64,000 bases of DNA, taken from IMG/VR virus record IMGVR_UViG_3300045974_000100, positions 1 through 64,000 of that record; one strand, 5' to 3'. The notes under the pieces were generated by a model. It was not told the origin of the DNA. It searched no databases and was given only the letters and a program-made list of their open reading frames with translations. Source of the DNA: a virus. The position numbers and the translations under genes were made by a program. Below, one piece after another: positions 8,611-18,440 of this stretch (positions within the stretch are counted from its first letter, which is position 1; each line of letters opens with the position of its first letter).

Positions 8611-9292
8611 AGAGGAGTTCGTCCTGACGTGTGCGAGGGGTTTTCTTCAATACGGTGTTCTTGCAGCCTTCCAACATGGGTGGCAGTTCACGATTGTGGA
8701 TGGCTTCGTCAGCTGCGGTGAGGATCGCTGACACCGGCTTCCAGATGTTCGTGTCCCATTCCCACAACTGTTCAGACACCTTGCGGTAGTCGTAGGAGTT
8801 CACGAACACGAAGTACACCTGCAGCGTCTTCAAACCCTTCATGTACACGTGGGTGGCTGCCTTGTACCCCCACGACGGTCCGTGTTCAGCGAACCCTTGC
8901 CAGTTGCGGTCGTTCGCGGACTTGATTTCCAGCAACGCGTTGTCCTCAGCGAACAGCCCATCAGCGTTGCCACGGACCGCACCCAATGTCATGGGCACTT
9001 CAATGTCGGACAGAATGCCGGCGGCCAGGCCGTAGAACTGCCACTGGTAGTGCGTCCATGTGCCGTTCTCTGTGGCTTCCAGTGAGAACAGGTCCCAGGG
9101 CTTCTGCGGGATCTTGTAGTAGTTCAGGACGTGGGCGCGTACACAGTGCCCGTTCTTCGACCCGAACATGGACGGCCGCAGCTTGCGGGGACCGTTGATA
9201 CCGGACCGGTCATAGATCTGGTCCTTGATCATCACTTCAGCCACGCGTTCGGCTGCTTCACGTGCGTAGGGCGCGTTCCCTAGTTCAAACAT
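8546..9292 (-). CDS. Cas4-like PD-(D/E)XK exonuclease
   Basis: RPS...C.R, GTWTH, GNADG...LLEIKS, C-terminal C...C...C; start MFELGN overlapping the DnaE stop. Confidence 0.8.
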   Translation of the reverse strand: MFELGNAPYAREAAERVAEVMIKDQIYDRSGINGPRKLRPSMFGSKNGHCVRAHVLNYYKIPQKPWDLFSLEATENGTWTHYQWQFYGLAAGILSDIEVPMTLGAVRGNADGLFAEDNALLEIKSANDRNWQGFAEHGPSWGYKAATHVYMKGLKTLQVYFVFVNSYDYRKVSEQLWEWDTNIWKPVSAILTAADEAIHNRELPPMLEGCKNTVLKKTPRTRQDELLFENNCGFAPHCYQAQVPALDD

Positions 9293-12053
9293 CGCCTTCG
9301 CGTCTTGCATCCTCGTCAAGGAGGGCAATCTGATCGGGGCTGCCAGCGGCCTTTCGTCGTTTGGTGACACGTTTTTCCACTTCTCCTAAGGGGAGATCAT
9401 CCAAAGCGCCGTCATCTGCGAGCGCTCCGATGGTGCCTCCTGCTGCTGTGGTGGTGTGGCCTTGAAGTATTGCGTTGCGCCCTGACACTGCACGGTGGTT
9501 CGCACGGGTGGCGAGGTCCACGACGCTCACGTAAGGGGAGTTGTCGATGATGGCTTGTGCTGCTTTTTCACCTACACCGGTGATGGACACCAGACCCCGA
9601 CGGATCGCGGTGGCTTCGTAGTCGACGACATACCCGAGTGAGGGCACGTTGACGTGTGGGGGAAGGATCTTCACCTTCGCTGCGCGGGCAGCCTTGGTGA
9701 ACTTGGTTTGGTCCTCGGTGGCGTCGAACGCGTTGAGCATCGCGCACCAGAACTCGAGCGGGTGGTAGATCTTGAACCAGGCCGTGATGTAGGCGTTGGC
9801 TGCATAGCCAGTGGCGTGAGCACGGTTGAACGAGTAGCCGGCGAACGCTTCAAGTGCGCGTTGAAGCCAGGCGTAGTCTTCGTCGTTCATGCCTGCTTCA
9901 CGAGCTAAGGCCTCCACGCGGATCAGCAGCTCGGCCAGGGTCTTCTTGGCGTTGCCGATGTTCTCGTTGGAGGCCTTGATGGCTTTGCGGGCCTTCTCGA
10001 TCTCTTCGATGGTCATGCCCAGGTTGCGGAAGATATCGAGCGCTTGCTCCTGGTACAAGAGCACACCGTACGTGTCCTTCGTGCCGTCCATGAGGATCGG
10101 ATGCCTCTGGGGGACGTCTTGCTTCTTGTGTTTACGGGCGATGTAGTCCTCAGTCGCACCGGAGTCCATCGTCGCCGGCCGGAACAATGCCATGGCTGCG
10201 ATGAGGTCGCCGAACTTCGTGGGCCGCAGACGTTTCGTCCCATACATGGACGCTTTGCCTTCCAGTTGGAAGACACCAGTGGTTTCACCCTTGGACAGCA
10301 TTCGGTACACGGCGCTGTTGCTGAAGTTGATGGTGCCCAGGTCGACACCAGTGGACTCGATCATCTCCGCGAGCGCCGTGTAGGTCTTGAGTCCGAGGAA
10401 GTCCAACTTCAACAGGCCCAGACGTTCCACATCGTCCTTGTCCAATGCGGTGACCAACGTGCCCGATGAGGCAATCCACACAAGTGGCACCACCGCATCG
10501 TCTTCAGGACTCGCGGTGACCAGCAGCCCTGCCGCACCCTTACCGGTGGAAATGTAGGGAGCACGCTTCTTGGCCTTGGACCCCAATGACTCAATGGCAG
10601 CCAACGCTTTGAAGTCTTCCGGTGGGATGGACTCCACCTTCGGCAACCCGGTGCGGGCACGCCACGTGTAGTACATCTTGATCAGCGAACCCTTGTCGGT
10701 GTCGTCGAAGTCTTTCTCCATCGACACCTGCGCCCACGTCCCGATATGGGTGACGCGGAAGTTGTTCGCCAACCAGTCCACAACCTCTTGGCGCCGTGAC
10801 CCATCCACATCAATGTCAATGTCGGGTGGCTTCATGCGGTCACGGGACAGGAACCGGTCGAACCGTAGGTCCCATTTGATCGGGTCGAACTGGGTGATGT
10901 CAGTCAACCAACACACCAACGATCCCGACGCTGATCCGCGGATAGCGAAGAAGATGCCACGGGAACGGATGTAGTTCGTGACCGCGCGGACGAACAGGAT
11001 GTAGCCAGAGAAGCCAGCCTCCTGCAGGACGTCCAACTCTTCTTGCATGCGTGAGTAGTAGTCGGCTTCCTTGGACTTGGGGATGCCGCCCGAGGCGATC
11101 ACACGCCCGAGGGCCGTCTTACACAACATCTCCAACTCGGTGTCAGGTTGACCCAGGCCAGAGATGTCAGGCACAGACAGTTTGAAGTTCTCCAACTGGG
11201 GGATACGCACACCGACCAGGTCTTGTAGATAGAGCAGACCTTCACGTCCGGCTTCCAGCACCTCTTCGGTGTGATTGTCGACGAGCCAGTTCCAGTCAGC
11301 GATGTGGTACGGCCCGCCATCGAACTTGGCGTCATCACTGTCGTTCGACCACGACACAAGCTGCTTATACGTGTCATGAATGGGCTGATGTTCCGGCAGC
11401 AGGTAATGGCTGTCTTGGGCCAGGATCATCGGCAGCCCCAGTTCGTTGGCCACCTTGAACAGGCGCTGGTTGTAGGCGGCGTCGTCATGCCATTCAGTGA
11501 CGATGTCGTGGTTCTGCGCCTCGATGAAGAACCGGTCGTTGAACCAGCGCGCCAACGTGATCAGGACGTTGTACAGGCCTGTGTCGTCATCAGCGGCGAT
11601 GAGTGTGCCGGCGACCCCACTAATGCAGGACGTCGTGCAGGCAATGCCCTCGAGGCGGCCGTGAGCGAACGCTGCAGCAAGGTCAGCCATGTCGATCAGT
11701 GGCTTGTAGCGGAAGTTCCGCATCGAGTCGTTGACCAGGCGCACGAGGTTCAAATAGCCCTGGTAGTTCAGGGCCAACAGGATCATGTGGAACGACTTCG
11801 GCCTTAGCGCACCGATCCGGTCGTAGGTGACATACGCTTCCACACCCGGCACCGGTTCGATGTCACGTTTGCGGCATTCGGTGTACAGCCGGACGACTCC
11901 ACCCATGTTGCCGTGGTCGGTGAGAGCCAAATGTGTGTAGTTCAGTTCAGCCGCCCGGTCCGCTATCGAATCGACAGTGGGGAGGGCATCTTTGAGGCTG
12001 AAACGAGAGTGAATGTGGGTCCACGGTTGCACAACTGTGTCACTGGGTGTCAT
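9285..12053 (-). CDS. dnaE: DNA polymerase III alpha subunit (DnaE-like)
   Basis: PHP motifs HIHSRFS and TDHGN; RGSASGSLV; FDRFL; PDIDID; LKLDFLGL; GVFQLE; YSFNRAHA; HhH GVGEKAA. Confidence 0.95.
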   Translation of the reverse strand: MTPSDTVVQPWTHIHSRFSLKDALPTVDSIADRAAELNYTHLALTDHGNMGGVVRLYTECRKRDIEPVPGVEAYVTYDRIGALRPKSFHMILLALNYQGYLNLVRLVNDSMRNFRYKPLIDMADLAAAFAHGRLEGIACTTSCISGVAGTLIAADDDTGLYNVLITLARWFNDRFFIEAQNHDIVTEWHDDAAYNQRLFKVANELGLPMILAQDSHYLLPEHQPIHDTYKQLVSWSNDSDDAKFDGGPYHIADWNWLVDNHTEEVLEAGREGLLYLQDLVGVRIPQLENFKLSVPDISGLGQPDTELEMLCKTALGRVIASGGIPKSKEADYYSRMQEELDVLQEAGFSGYILFVRAVTNYIRSRGIFFAIRGSASGSLVCWLTDITQFDPIKWDLRFDRFLSRDRMKPPDIDIDVDGSRRQEVVDWLANNFRVTHIGTWAQVSMEKDFDDTDKGSLIKMYYTWRARTGLPKVESIPPEDFKALAAIESLGSKAKKRAPYISTGKGAAGLLVTASPEDDAVVPLVWIASSGTLVTALDKDDVERLGLLKLDFLGLKTYTALAEMIESTGVDLGTINFSNSAVYRMLSKGETTGVFQLEGKASMYGTKRLRPTKFGDLIAAMALFRPATMDSGATEDYIARKHKKQDVPQRHPILMDGTKDTYGVLLYQEQALDIFRNLGMTIEEIEKARKAIKASNENIGNAKKTLAELLIRVEALAREAGMNDEDYAWLQRALEAFAGYSFNRAHATGYAANAYITAWFKIYHPLEFWCAMLNAFDATEDQTKFTKAARAAKVKILPPHVNVPSLGYVVDYEATAIRRGLVSITGVGEKAAQAIIDNSPYVSVVDLATRANHRAVSGRNAILQGHTTTAAGGTIGALADDGALDDLPLGEVEKRVTKRRKAAGSPDQIALLDEDARREGDV

Positions 12054-12103
12054 TCTGGTGGTCCTTGTGTGTATGCGTGTGGTGCGCAGCGTGTGTGGTT
12101 TGC

Positions 12104-12144
12104 AGAAAGGGCCCCCGTCCCGTGTCGAGGCGAGGGCCCTTTCT
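12104..12144 (-). terminator. Stem-loop after SSB-like gene
   Basis: GAAAGGGCCC...GGGCCCTTTC inverted repeat. Confidence 0.55.
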
Positions 12145-12151
12145 CATGCCC

Positions 12152-13153
12152 CTAGAACGGGACGACGCGCAGTTCCTCAATGAGCTTCTTGAGTTCAGCC
12201 GTCTTCATCTCAGGGGTGACGGGCACACCACGAGCAGCCAAGAACTTGCGCAGCCGTGACGGCGACCATGACTTCACTTCAGCCTCAGTGGGCAGTGGTG
12301 CCAGTTCCTTCTCATCCACCGGAGCGGGAGTGGGAGTGGCGATCGCGTCGAGCGTGTCACCGTAGCCGGCCGTCGGTGAAGCCAGCGGGTTATCGGCTGG
12401 GTTGCCCTCTTCCCACGGGTCAGACTGCTGTGGGTCCTCCACACCGGAGTCGATGAACGCCACAGCACGAGCGCGAGCGTTGTCCTTCCACTCCTCGACG
12501 TTGAGCAGCAGGTCATCAGACACCGCGATCGCTGGCTTGTCGGGGAACGGCTCGACGTTGATCTCACCCTTTTGCCCGTGGGCTTCGATCTTCCACAGGT
12601 ACGAGGTGGGGTCCGAGGTCTTGGAGGCGTTGCGGAACGCAGCGAACAAGTCTTCGGTCTTGGTCTTACCCACCACGCGCAGGATGATCGGACGCTTACC
12701 TTCGACAGCCTTGACCAGGCGGCCGTCCTTACCGGCAGCGGCGTGAACCAGGACGCACATCGCAAGAGCGTCGGACACAGATGCCATGTCGCGGCCGTCC
12801 TTGCGTGGGTACTTTGTGGAACCGGCGACAGCGTCGTAGTACGGGTCGTACTTGGCTCGACGTTCCGGCTCACCGGTGGTCGGGTTGATGAAGATGCCAG
12901 GCTCGACGTCTTCCACGGGGAAGGTACGCAATGACGACGGCATGTCGCGCTTGCCGTGCGACTCCTTCAAACCGTCGAAGGCCATGACCTCGCGGTAGAA
13001 CACCCAGTCGGTGTGGGGTTCGAGGAACTGCAACCACACGACACCGTCCTTGGGGGTGAGGGCTGCAGAGAACACACCGTTGGATTCGGTGCCTGATCCT
13101 TCTTCTTTGCCAGCCCAGCCGGCACCGATGAAGTCTTCGGGGTTGTAACTCAC
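12152..13153 (-). CDS. Putative ssDNA-binding / replication protein with C-terminal HeH-like domain
   Basis: Located between primase and DnaE; acidic linker; C-terminal LRKFLAARGV....MKTAELKKLI; GTG 13153 with AAGGAG SD. Confidence 0.5.
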   Translation of the reverse strand: MSYNPEDFIGAGWAGKEEGSGTESNGVFSAALTPKDGVVWLQFLEPHTDWVFYREVMAFDGLKESHGKRDMPSSLRTFPVEDVEPGIFINPTTGEPERRAKYDPYYDAVAGSTKYPRKDGRDMASVSDALAMCVLVHAAAGKDGRLVKAVEGKRPIILRVVGKTKTEDLFAAFRNASKTSDPTSYLWKIEAHGQKGEINVEPFPDKPAIAVSDDLLLNVEEWKDNARARAVAFIDSGVEDPQQSDPWEEGNPADNPLASPTAGYGDTLDAIATPTPAPVDEKELAPLPTEAEVKSWSPSRLRKFLAARGVPVTPEMKTAELKKLIEELRVVPF

Positions 13154-13157
13154 GAGG

Positions 13158-13391
13158 TCATGCTCCTTGACGTAGGTGGTTGAGGAAGGCTTCGGTGTTC
13201 GCATCGAGTGAGGCCATCGTGTAGCCCTGGATGCGTTCGGACGCGTCGTATGGGTCTTCGCCCGGTTGGACGTAGCCTTCCCACTCGACGGACACGTAGT
13301 TGCGTTCGCCGCGGAACATCACGGCTTCGGTGACTTTCATCGTCACCTTGTCCTGACCAACAGTGCTGATCAGTTCTCCAAACTCAGTCAT
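13158..13391 (-). CDS. Hypothetical protein
   Basis: Start MTEFGEL at 13391; tiles in operon. Confidence 0.6.
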   Translation of the reverse strand: MTEFGELISTVGQDKVTMKVTEAVMFRGERNYVSVEWEGYVQPGEDPYDASERIQGYTMASLDANTEAFLNHLRQGA

Positions 13392-13851
13392 CGTGGGCCT
13401 CTGGTGGTGTGGTGGAGTCGTCCTTGATTGCGACGTGTGGTTTGCGAGTCTTGGGAACACGAATCGCGTCGTACTGCTCTTGTGTGACTTCGCCGCTGCG
13501 CACAAGCATCTTGAGCCGTTCAGGCTGAACCTTGTACTTGGGCTGCCAGGCGGCAAACTTCTTGATGGTCTCCGTGGGCAAAAGCCGGTAGATCGCCACT
13601 GGGTCGTATTCATCCCAGTCGTCTGTGTACACCGGGTTCACGGTCACGTACTTCTGCAACATCGGATCCCACGCGCGATAGCGGTCTTCACCCACCATCG
13701 GCATCAACATTTCGTTGATTTCTTCGTTCTCAGCCTTCAGCTTCTCCATGATGCGTTTGTTCGTGAGGAAGCGTTCAACGAGTGGTTCGAGTTCGTCTGG
13801 CCCGTCATCCAAGGACAGGATGGGCCTGGGTTCTTCGGGTGGTGTGGTCAT
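13384..13851 (-). CDS. Hypothetical protein with N-terminal coiled coil
   Basis: ATGA overlap with the primase stop. Confidence 0.7.
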   Translation of the reverse strand: MTTPPEEPRPILSLDDGPDELEPLVERFLTNKRIMEKLKAENEEINEMLMPMVGEDRYRAWDPMLQKYVTVNPVYTDDWDEYDPVAIYRLLPTETIKKFAAWQPKYKVQPERLKMLVRSGEVTQEQYDAIRVPKTRKPHVAIKDDSTTPPEAHDD

Positions 13852-14672
13852 AGGTGGCTTTCGTGATAGGTGATGTCGAGGATGTCGATGCGCTGTCGTG
13901 CCGTGAGGTCGCCCGGATCCGCAACTGCAGGATCGAATCTAGACCAGTCCACTGACACCACAGGCGCGATCGTATTGAGATGATGCATGGCGGCGTCCAT
14001 GCCGTTGCGCCCGGCCTTGTCGGCGTCGAAGCCGAGCAAGATCCGTCGCGGCGCCATCGTTCTGATGTGCTGGATCTGTGGGAAGTGCAAGTTCGATCCG
14101 AACACACCGGCCAGGGTGATGTTGTCGATCGAGTTCCTGATCTCATCGAGTGCCATGACCCCGGATGCTCCTTCGACCAGGAGTAGGTCGCTGCCCCGTA
14201 CGGTGCCGAAGAACAAGGTTTGTGACGCGCGTACGTTCCACGGGTACCGGTATTTGGGTTGGCCGTCGGTGCGTGTGATGACACCCCACAGATCACCAGT
14301 CAGTGACCGCATCGGATAGGTGGGGTAGCCCGTCAACGGCATCGTGCCGCAACGGAAGTTGGCTGCCACCTGTTTGCCGTAACGTTGCGACCAGTACGGG
14401 GATGGCCAGTTCCCGGCACCGTCGAACATGTTGAGCCATTCCTCTGGGTAGATGTGAGGTGGCTGCTCAATGTCCAATCCGCGCAGCAGCGTTTCAGTGG
14501 ACGGAACATAGTCCTCAACCTTGCCGGTGGCACCGCACGCATAGCAGTACCAGACACCTTTGAGCACGTTCACTGACGCTGAAGCATCGTGGTCGTCGTG
14601 GGCTTCGCACAGGAATGGGCGTTCCTCCCCTCGTCCTGTGTGGAGTGCTTCTTGCAACGACATGGGCCGCAT
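13848..14672 (-). CDS. DNA primase (CHC2 zinc finger + TOPRIM)
   Basis: CEAHDD...SVN...WYCYACG; PKY; LLVEG; GFDADKAG; start approximate. Confidence 0.9.
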   Translation of the reverse strand: MRPMSLQEALHTGRGEERPFLCEAHDDHDASASVNVLKGVWYCYACGATGKVEDYVPSTETLLRGLDIEQPPHIYPEEWLNMFDGAGNWPSPYWSQRYGKQVAANFRCGTMPLTGYPTYPMRSLTGDLWGVITRTDGQPKYRYPWNVRASQTLFFGTVRGSDLLLVEGASGVMALDEIRNSIDNITLAGVFGSNLHFPQIQHIRTMAPRRILLGFDADKAGRNGMDAAMHHLNTIAPVVSVDWSRFDPAVADPGDLTARQRIDILDITYHESHL

Positions 14673-14733
14673 GGGGCTCCTTTCGGGTATGACAAAACAG
14701 ACCCACCCAACGTGGGGTAGGCCTGCCTGTGTG

Positions 14734-16008
14734 TCAGTGACGTGCTTTGAACGCCTCGGCTTGCTTCTCGGTGACTTCGCCGAACACCAACTTGTTGGGA
14801 TCTGACCAGGTGTAGAACGGTTTGCAGATCTCACCGTTGCGGTTCTTCATCATCGAATGCTTGATCATGAGGCGTTGGTTCACCAGGGCTTGTTCGGCCA
14901 AGATGAGGTCGGCATCCATACCAAGGGAGTCTGACCCGAAGAGGTCTTCGATCCGTGGCTCTTTGGCATTGCCTTCACGGTTGACTCCAGCCGCGGTCCT
15001 ATTGAACTGGACTGCTGAGAGCAAAGGGATGTCATTGCGTTGAGCGACATTGTGCAGCTCCTGACTGACAGCCATGATGCGGTCCGACGGTGAGGCTGAC
15101 TTGTGCAGATGGTTGGCACGCAGTAACTGGATGTGGTCGATGACCATGAGCGTGTCGGGCTCGGCCCAGTCCTCAAGGTCATTGACGTTGACCGAGGGCA
15201 ATTCCTTGGTGGTGATGACGTTGATGTGGCCTGACTCTTCCTGCCATTGGTCGAGCAGGTCGTACTTGGTGCGCATATCGATGTCGGCCCAGTTGCCCTT
15301 GTACGAGTTGCGCAACATGTACCGGTAGAGCCTGTCAGCCATGCGGGACGTCTTCATCTCCAGTGAGAAGAAGTTGACGTTCCACCCGTACTCGGCTGCC
15401 GTGACTGCATGTTCAACCAGACGCCACGTTTTGCCCACACCCATGCGTGCCGCGATGAGCCACACTTCACCCGGTTGATGGCCGTTGGTGACGCGTTGCA
15501 GTTCATCACCGGGTACTGGGCATCCTTCGGCTTCGTTCTCGTCAGCCCTGTACTCGACGACGTTGATGCCTGGTTTGGTCAACGACCGGATGGTACCCAA
15601 CGAGTTCTGCAAACTTTTGACGATGTCGATGGGTTCGTCCACGTCGATCGAGCGCACCGCATCACCGAGACTGGATCGCAGTTCACGGTTCTGTGTGTCC
15701 CGGTTGACTTCGCCTGCAGCCCAGGTGATGGAGATGTCTGGTGCATAGGTGAACGTGGGGAACTTCGACTGCACCAAGGTGACTGCGGGTGCTTGGCCGG
15801 CGCGATGCTGATAGTCGGTGCAGAACCGATGGACCAGCGTGTGTGCGACGAAGTCCTTGTCCTTGATGCCGTACTTGCCTGGGGCGTACTCGCCTGTCTC
15901 AAGCAGGGCCGAGATGAAGTAGGCCTCGTTGTTGATGATGGGTGCGTTGGTGCCGGCTGGCCGCAGTTGGGTGACTGAGGCTTTAGCCGAACCGGTGTCG
16001 GTTGGCAT
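14734..16008 (-). CDS. dnaB: DnaB-like replicative helicase
   Basis: AARMGVGKT, FFSLEM, IDHIQLL, QFNR, DADLI, KNRNG. Confidence 0.92.
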   Translation of the reverse strand: MPTDTGSAKASVTQLRPAGTNAPIINNEAYFISALLETGEYAPGKYGIKDKDFVAHTLVHRFCTDYQHRAGQAPAVTLVQSKFPTFTYAPDISITWAAGEVNRDTQNRELRSSLGDAVRSIDVDEPIDIVKSLQNSLGTIRSLTKPGINVVEYRADENEAEGCPVPGDELQRVTNGHQPGEVWLIAARMGVGKTWRLVEHAVTAAEYGWNVNFFSLEMKTSRMADRLYRYMLRNSYKGNWADIDMRTKYDLLDQWQEESGHINVITTKELPSVNVNDLEDWAEPDTLMVIDHIQLLRANHLHKSASPSDRIMAVSQELHNVAQRNDIPLLSAVQFNRTAAGVNREGNAKEPRIEDLFGSDSLGMDADLILAEQALVNQRLMIKHSMMKNRNGEICKPFYTWSDPNKLVFGEVTEKQAEAFKARH

Positions 16009-16068
16009 AGGGGTCCTTGTGGTCCGTGGTGTGTGGATTGCACGCTACTCCCGGCTAAGGACTCCGAG

Positions 16069-16779
16069 TCAAGCCCGTGACGCATCCATGTGTCGTAGTT
16101 CCTCCCGATAATCGGTGAAGGCCTGGTAGGCGAAGGAGGGTGCGAGTGCTCGAGCAACCGACTCACCGTAGACAGGTCCGTGTTGCGCAATGAGTTCCGC
16201 TGTGTCGTCCTGAGACTCATAGAGAACACTCAACGCCCACACATCACCCTTGAGGTAGGCGTCGACAGCTTCCACATCGGTGAGCATGCAGCCATGCAGG
16301 AACTCTGCGAACAGGCCGTCAGATTCCAAGCCAGCATTTCGTTCCATGGTGCGTTGACGGGTCGTCTGGTTGTCGAACATGAACCCGATGAACGACGAGT
16401 CCCACCGGTCACTGAATGGATTGTGGTCCAGGTGGTAGAACGTCCGGTCGCCCTCTTCGATGGGTTTGCCCGCGCGGATTGATTGCCCTGAATGCTCGTA
16501 CATCCAGATGGGCAGGATCAGCAGCGGCGAGTAGAGATCAGTGATGAGGTCGTACATCTCCAGCTCGTTGGCGTGCTTGGCGTAGGCGATCATCAACGGT
16601 TCGAGGCCGTCGACGTCACCCATGTACTCACCTCGAATCCAGATGGCAAGGTTGCCGTCCAGGTCACCGGTGTCATCGCGTGGCCACAGGCTTTGGTCCT
16701 CGGTGTCGAGTTCGTAGCCACGCACGACCAGGTGCTTGGTGTCATCGCGGAACATTTCATCGCTGTCGGCTGGTGCCAT
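16069..16779 (-). CDS. Phage hypothetical protein
   Basis: Conserved-looking motifs LPIWMYEHSG, FSDRWDSSFIGF, YLKGDVW. Confidence 0.7.
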   Translation of the reverse strand: MAPADSDEMFRDDTKHLVVRGYELDTEDQSLWPRDDTGDLDGNLAIWIRGEYMGDVDGLEPLMIAYAKHANELEMYDLITDLYSPLLILPIWMYEHSGQSIRAGKPIEEGDRTFYHLDHNPFSDRWDSSFIGFMFDNQTTRQRTMERNAGLESDGLFAEFLHGCMLTDVEAVDAYLKGDVWALSVLYESQDDTAELIAQHGPVYGESVARALAPSFAYQAFTDYREELRHMDASRA

Positions 16780-17078
16780 CAGTGGCCTGCTTTCTGCTGC
16801 TCATGGTCTTCAAGCCAAGATGAGCGGGCAATCCGTAACTGTCGCTGCTCTTCGACGAGCGCGTCCGCCTGGGCAGATTCACCGGGGAGGAAGCCACCGA
16901 GAGAGTGAAATCGGGCCTGGAACTCTCCCCACAGGACAGGGAAGGCCTTCTTGAGCAGTTCGAGGTTGTCAGGGTCGGCTTTGTAGCAGGCCGCCATTAT
17001 CAGCGTGGCGAACGTGGGTATGTCCTCAAGGATGCCGGCGTTGAGGTCCAGGGCCTTGATGTAGTCGTGGTGGCTCAT
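16779..17078 (-). CDS. Hypothetical protein
   Basis: Tiles in operon; KADPDNLELLKKAFP motif. Confidence 0.7.
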   Translation of the reverse strand: MSHHDYIKALDLNAGILEDIPTFATLIMAACYKADPDNLELLKKAFPVLWGEFQARFHSLGGFLPGESAQADALVEEQRQLRIARSSWLEDHEQQKAGH

Positions 17079-17288
17079 TGCGTCCTCGCTTGTGGTGAAC
17101 GGGGCAAGTCAACGGTGTACACAGCCTCGACGAGGTAGCACACCTTGCCTTCGTAGTCATTGGTGCGTGAGACCTTGAGGGTGGTGTCCCTGCACTTGCC
17201 CGTAGCAATGGCATCAGCCATCTCGCGCAGGTATGTAGCCAGACTCACCGGGTACACCAGCAAGCCTTCGTCCGCGACGTGAGCCATC
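17075..17288 (-). CDS. Hypothetical protein
   Basis: C-terminal part of ORF 17075-17380; start MAHVADE approximate. Confidence 0.5.
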
Positions 17289-17682
17289 AGCCACCATCCC
17301 TCAGGTCTGGCTCGAACTGGCCGATCGCGAAACACCAGAGCCATGAGGACCCATCGACGTAAAGCCGCGGGTAGTCCCATGGGTCCTGGTTGGGCTCAGC
17401 GAGGTAGCGCACCTCATCCAAGGGAGCACCAGGCATGAGGACCTCGATCTGTGCTCCACCGGTGATCTCGACGATGAAGGTCCAGCGTCCCTCGTCCGGC
17501 TCAATGGGATTGATCCACCAGGCGATGCGGTCGTTGTAGTCCGGATAGGCGTCAAGGACGTCGGTGATGAAGGCTGCCATGTTCTTCATGGCGTGGCTCT
17601 CGGTGATCTCCTCAGCGATAACGGGGCCGGTGCCGGGGTTGATGTGGATCCGAGCCAGGGGGTTGAAGTAACGGCCGGTCAT
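17287..17682 (-). CDS. Hypothetical protein
   Basis: ATGA coupling; PRLYVDGSSWLW motif. Confidence 0.7.
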   Translation of the reverse strand: MTGRYFNPLARIHINPGTGPVIAEEITESHAMKNMAAFITDVLDAYPDYNDRIAWWINPIEPDEGRWTFIVEITGGAQIEVLMPGAPLDEVRYLAEPNQDPWDYPRLYVDGSSWLWCFAIGQFEPDLRDGG

Positions 17683-17945
17683 GATGCTCCCTCGATGTCT
17701 TTGATGCGGTCAGCGATCTCCTCGAGCGAGGTGACGATGTCGTGGAGTGCAGCGATCTTGGCCATCTCGATTTCAGCCATGAATGTGTCGTGGGCTACTT
17801 GCTGGTGGAGCCGGTTGGCTTCGATGGTCGCTCGGACGTCACCACCTCGTGGTGGGAGGTTGAGGACCTCGGCGCCGATGCTGATGAAGTCAATTTGGTG
17901 TGAGGCCATGTCCTTGCGGGCGCGTAGACGTTCAACTGCGTTCAT
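17679..17945 (-). CDS. First gene of the leftward early operon, hypothetical
   Basis: AAGGA SD; directly after the control region. Confidence 0.7.
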   Translation of the reverse strand: MNAVERLRARKDMASHQIDFISIGAEVLNLPPRGGDVRATIEANRLHQQVAHDTFMAEIEMAKIAALHDIVTSLEEIADRIKDIEGAS

Positions 17946-18033
17946 GTGTGGTCCTTCCTATGTGCGGGCATGCAAAAGGTAGGGAGATCTGCGGGTGCGC
18001 GTGCTACCTACAGTTCTCCCTACCCTGGATCTG

Positions 18034-18042
18034 AGTATACCA
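18034..18042 (-). promoter_or_regulatory. Leftward extended -10 promoter element
   Basis: TGGTATACT (TGn-TATACT) on the minus strand, ~90 nt upstream of ATG 17945. Confidence 0.5.
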
Positions 18043-18049
18043 GAGGGGT

Positions 18050-18097
18050 GTGACACATGTATAGCCATGAGTGACACATGTATCCCCATCAGTGACA
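18050..18097. repeat. Phased direct repeats (21-bp period)
   Basis: GTGACACATGTAT at 18050 and 18071; GTGACA at 18092. Confidence 0.8.
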
Positions 18098-18123
18098 GCC
18101 TGAGACACAGCCCAACACGTCGG

Positions 18124-18179
18124 TTGTTTTCTTTTTCGATTTCTGCGCTATACTGCTTTTGACCTTGACGTACGTCAAG
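18124..18179 (+). promoter_or_regulatory. Rightward promoter and perfect 16-bp palindrome
   Basis: TATACT at 18149-18154 after a T-rich tract; CTTGACGTACGTCAAG at 18164-18179. Confidence 0.5.
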
Positions 18180-18440
18180 TTAGCCCTTCGGGCTCAACCC
18201 GGCTGGCGCCGACCCGAAAGAAGGCGCAAAGCCGGAGGTTAGAACTACAACAACAAGCTTTACGTAAAGATAAATAGTTGGAGACAACTCGACTGAATAA
18301 ATGACGGCCGCTACGCACTGAGCAGGTGCTAGGCGGCCATTGTCATGTCTAGATGTAAGAACTTCCCTGGCGGGAGTAACCTTCCCTGGTAGAAGCACTT
18401 CACCTGGTCTAACCCCAAGAAGCCGCTCACCAGGAGAGAC

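Noticed and set aside
8546-9292. Cas4-like gene as evidence of CRISPR-Cas
   Set aside because: No repeat-spacer array or other cas genes; solo Cas4-like nucleases are common in phage replication modules
17946-18440. tRNA or small CDS in the control region
   Set aside because: No cloverleaf or T-loop consensus; ORFs lack SD and normal codon bias
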